Positions 52,001-52,004 of a stretch of 52,004 nt of DNA are shown piece by piece (positions within the stretch are counted from its first letter, which is position 1; every line of letters starts with the position of its first letter). This DNA is from Candidatus Peregrinibacteria bacterium (GTDB lineage: Bacteria > Patescibacteriota > Gracilibacteria > Peribacterales > Peribacteraceae): positions 1-52,004 of the forward strand of contig JBAWYM010000003.1 in NCBI GenBank assembly GCA_037143575.1, read 5' to 3'. The notes beneath the pieces are model-generated. The model did no database searches and was not told where the DNA came from. It saw only the letters and a list, made by a program, of their open reading frames with translations. Position numbers and translations under genes: made by a program.

Positions 52001-52004
52001 GATA

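Overview
Chromosomal segment of a bacterium using genetic code 11, most consistent with Patescibacteria/CPR, possibly Peribacteria-like (inferred from the divergent stand-alone 16S, CPR-style pilins and gene content; not verified). Left part: secA, holB, a TPR protein, a 2Fe-2S ferredoxin, a split sufC ... sufB-sufD set, SIMPL, a MacAB-type ABC exporter, two AT-rich orphans and a Cys-rich microprotein. Middle: an unlinked 16S rRNA gene (- strand, ~17360-18991) with a ~170-nt hairpin insertion and a non-canonical anti-Shine-Dalgarno tail. Right part (~19.4-50.5 kb): a large glycan cluster covering nonulosonate synthesis, a HisF/HisH/amidotransferase trio, GDP-fucose, unusually fused ADP-heptose genes, and GT-C/polyprenol/GtrA genes, followed by two pilin paralogs with duplicated promoters. 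The strongest non-gene signals are: (1) families of 7-9-nt tandem-repeat arms at gene boundaries that follow a stop-side/start-side polarity, one of which is also inside the 16S rRNA; (2) TANNNT boxes 6-9 nt before about 16 start codons (apparent leaderless initiation), alongside the altered anti-SD; (3) nested GTAG-type REP/REPIN-like elements.
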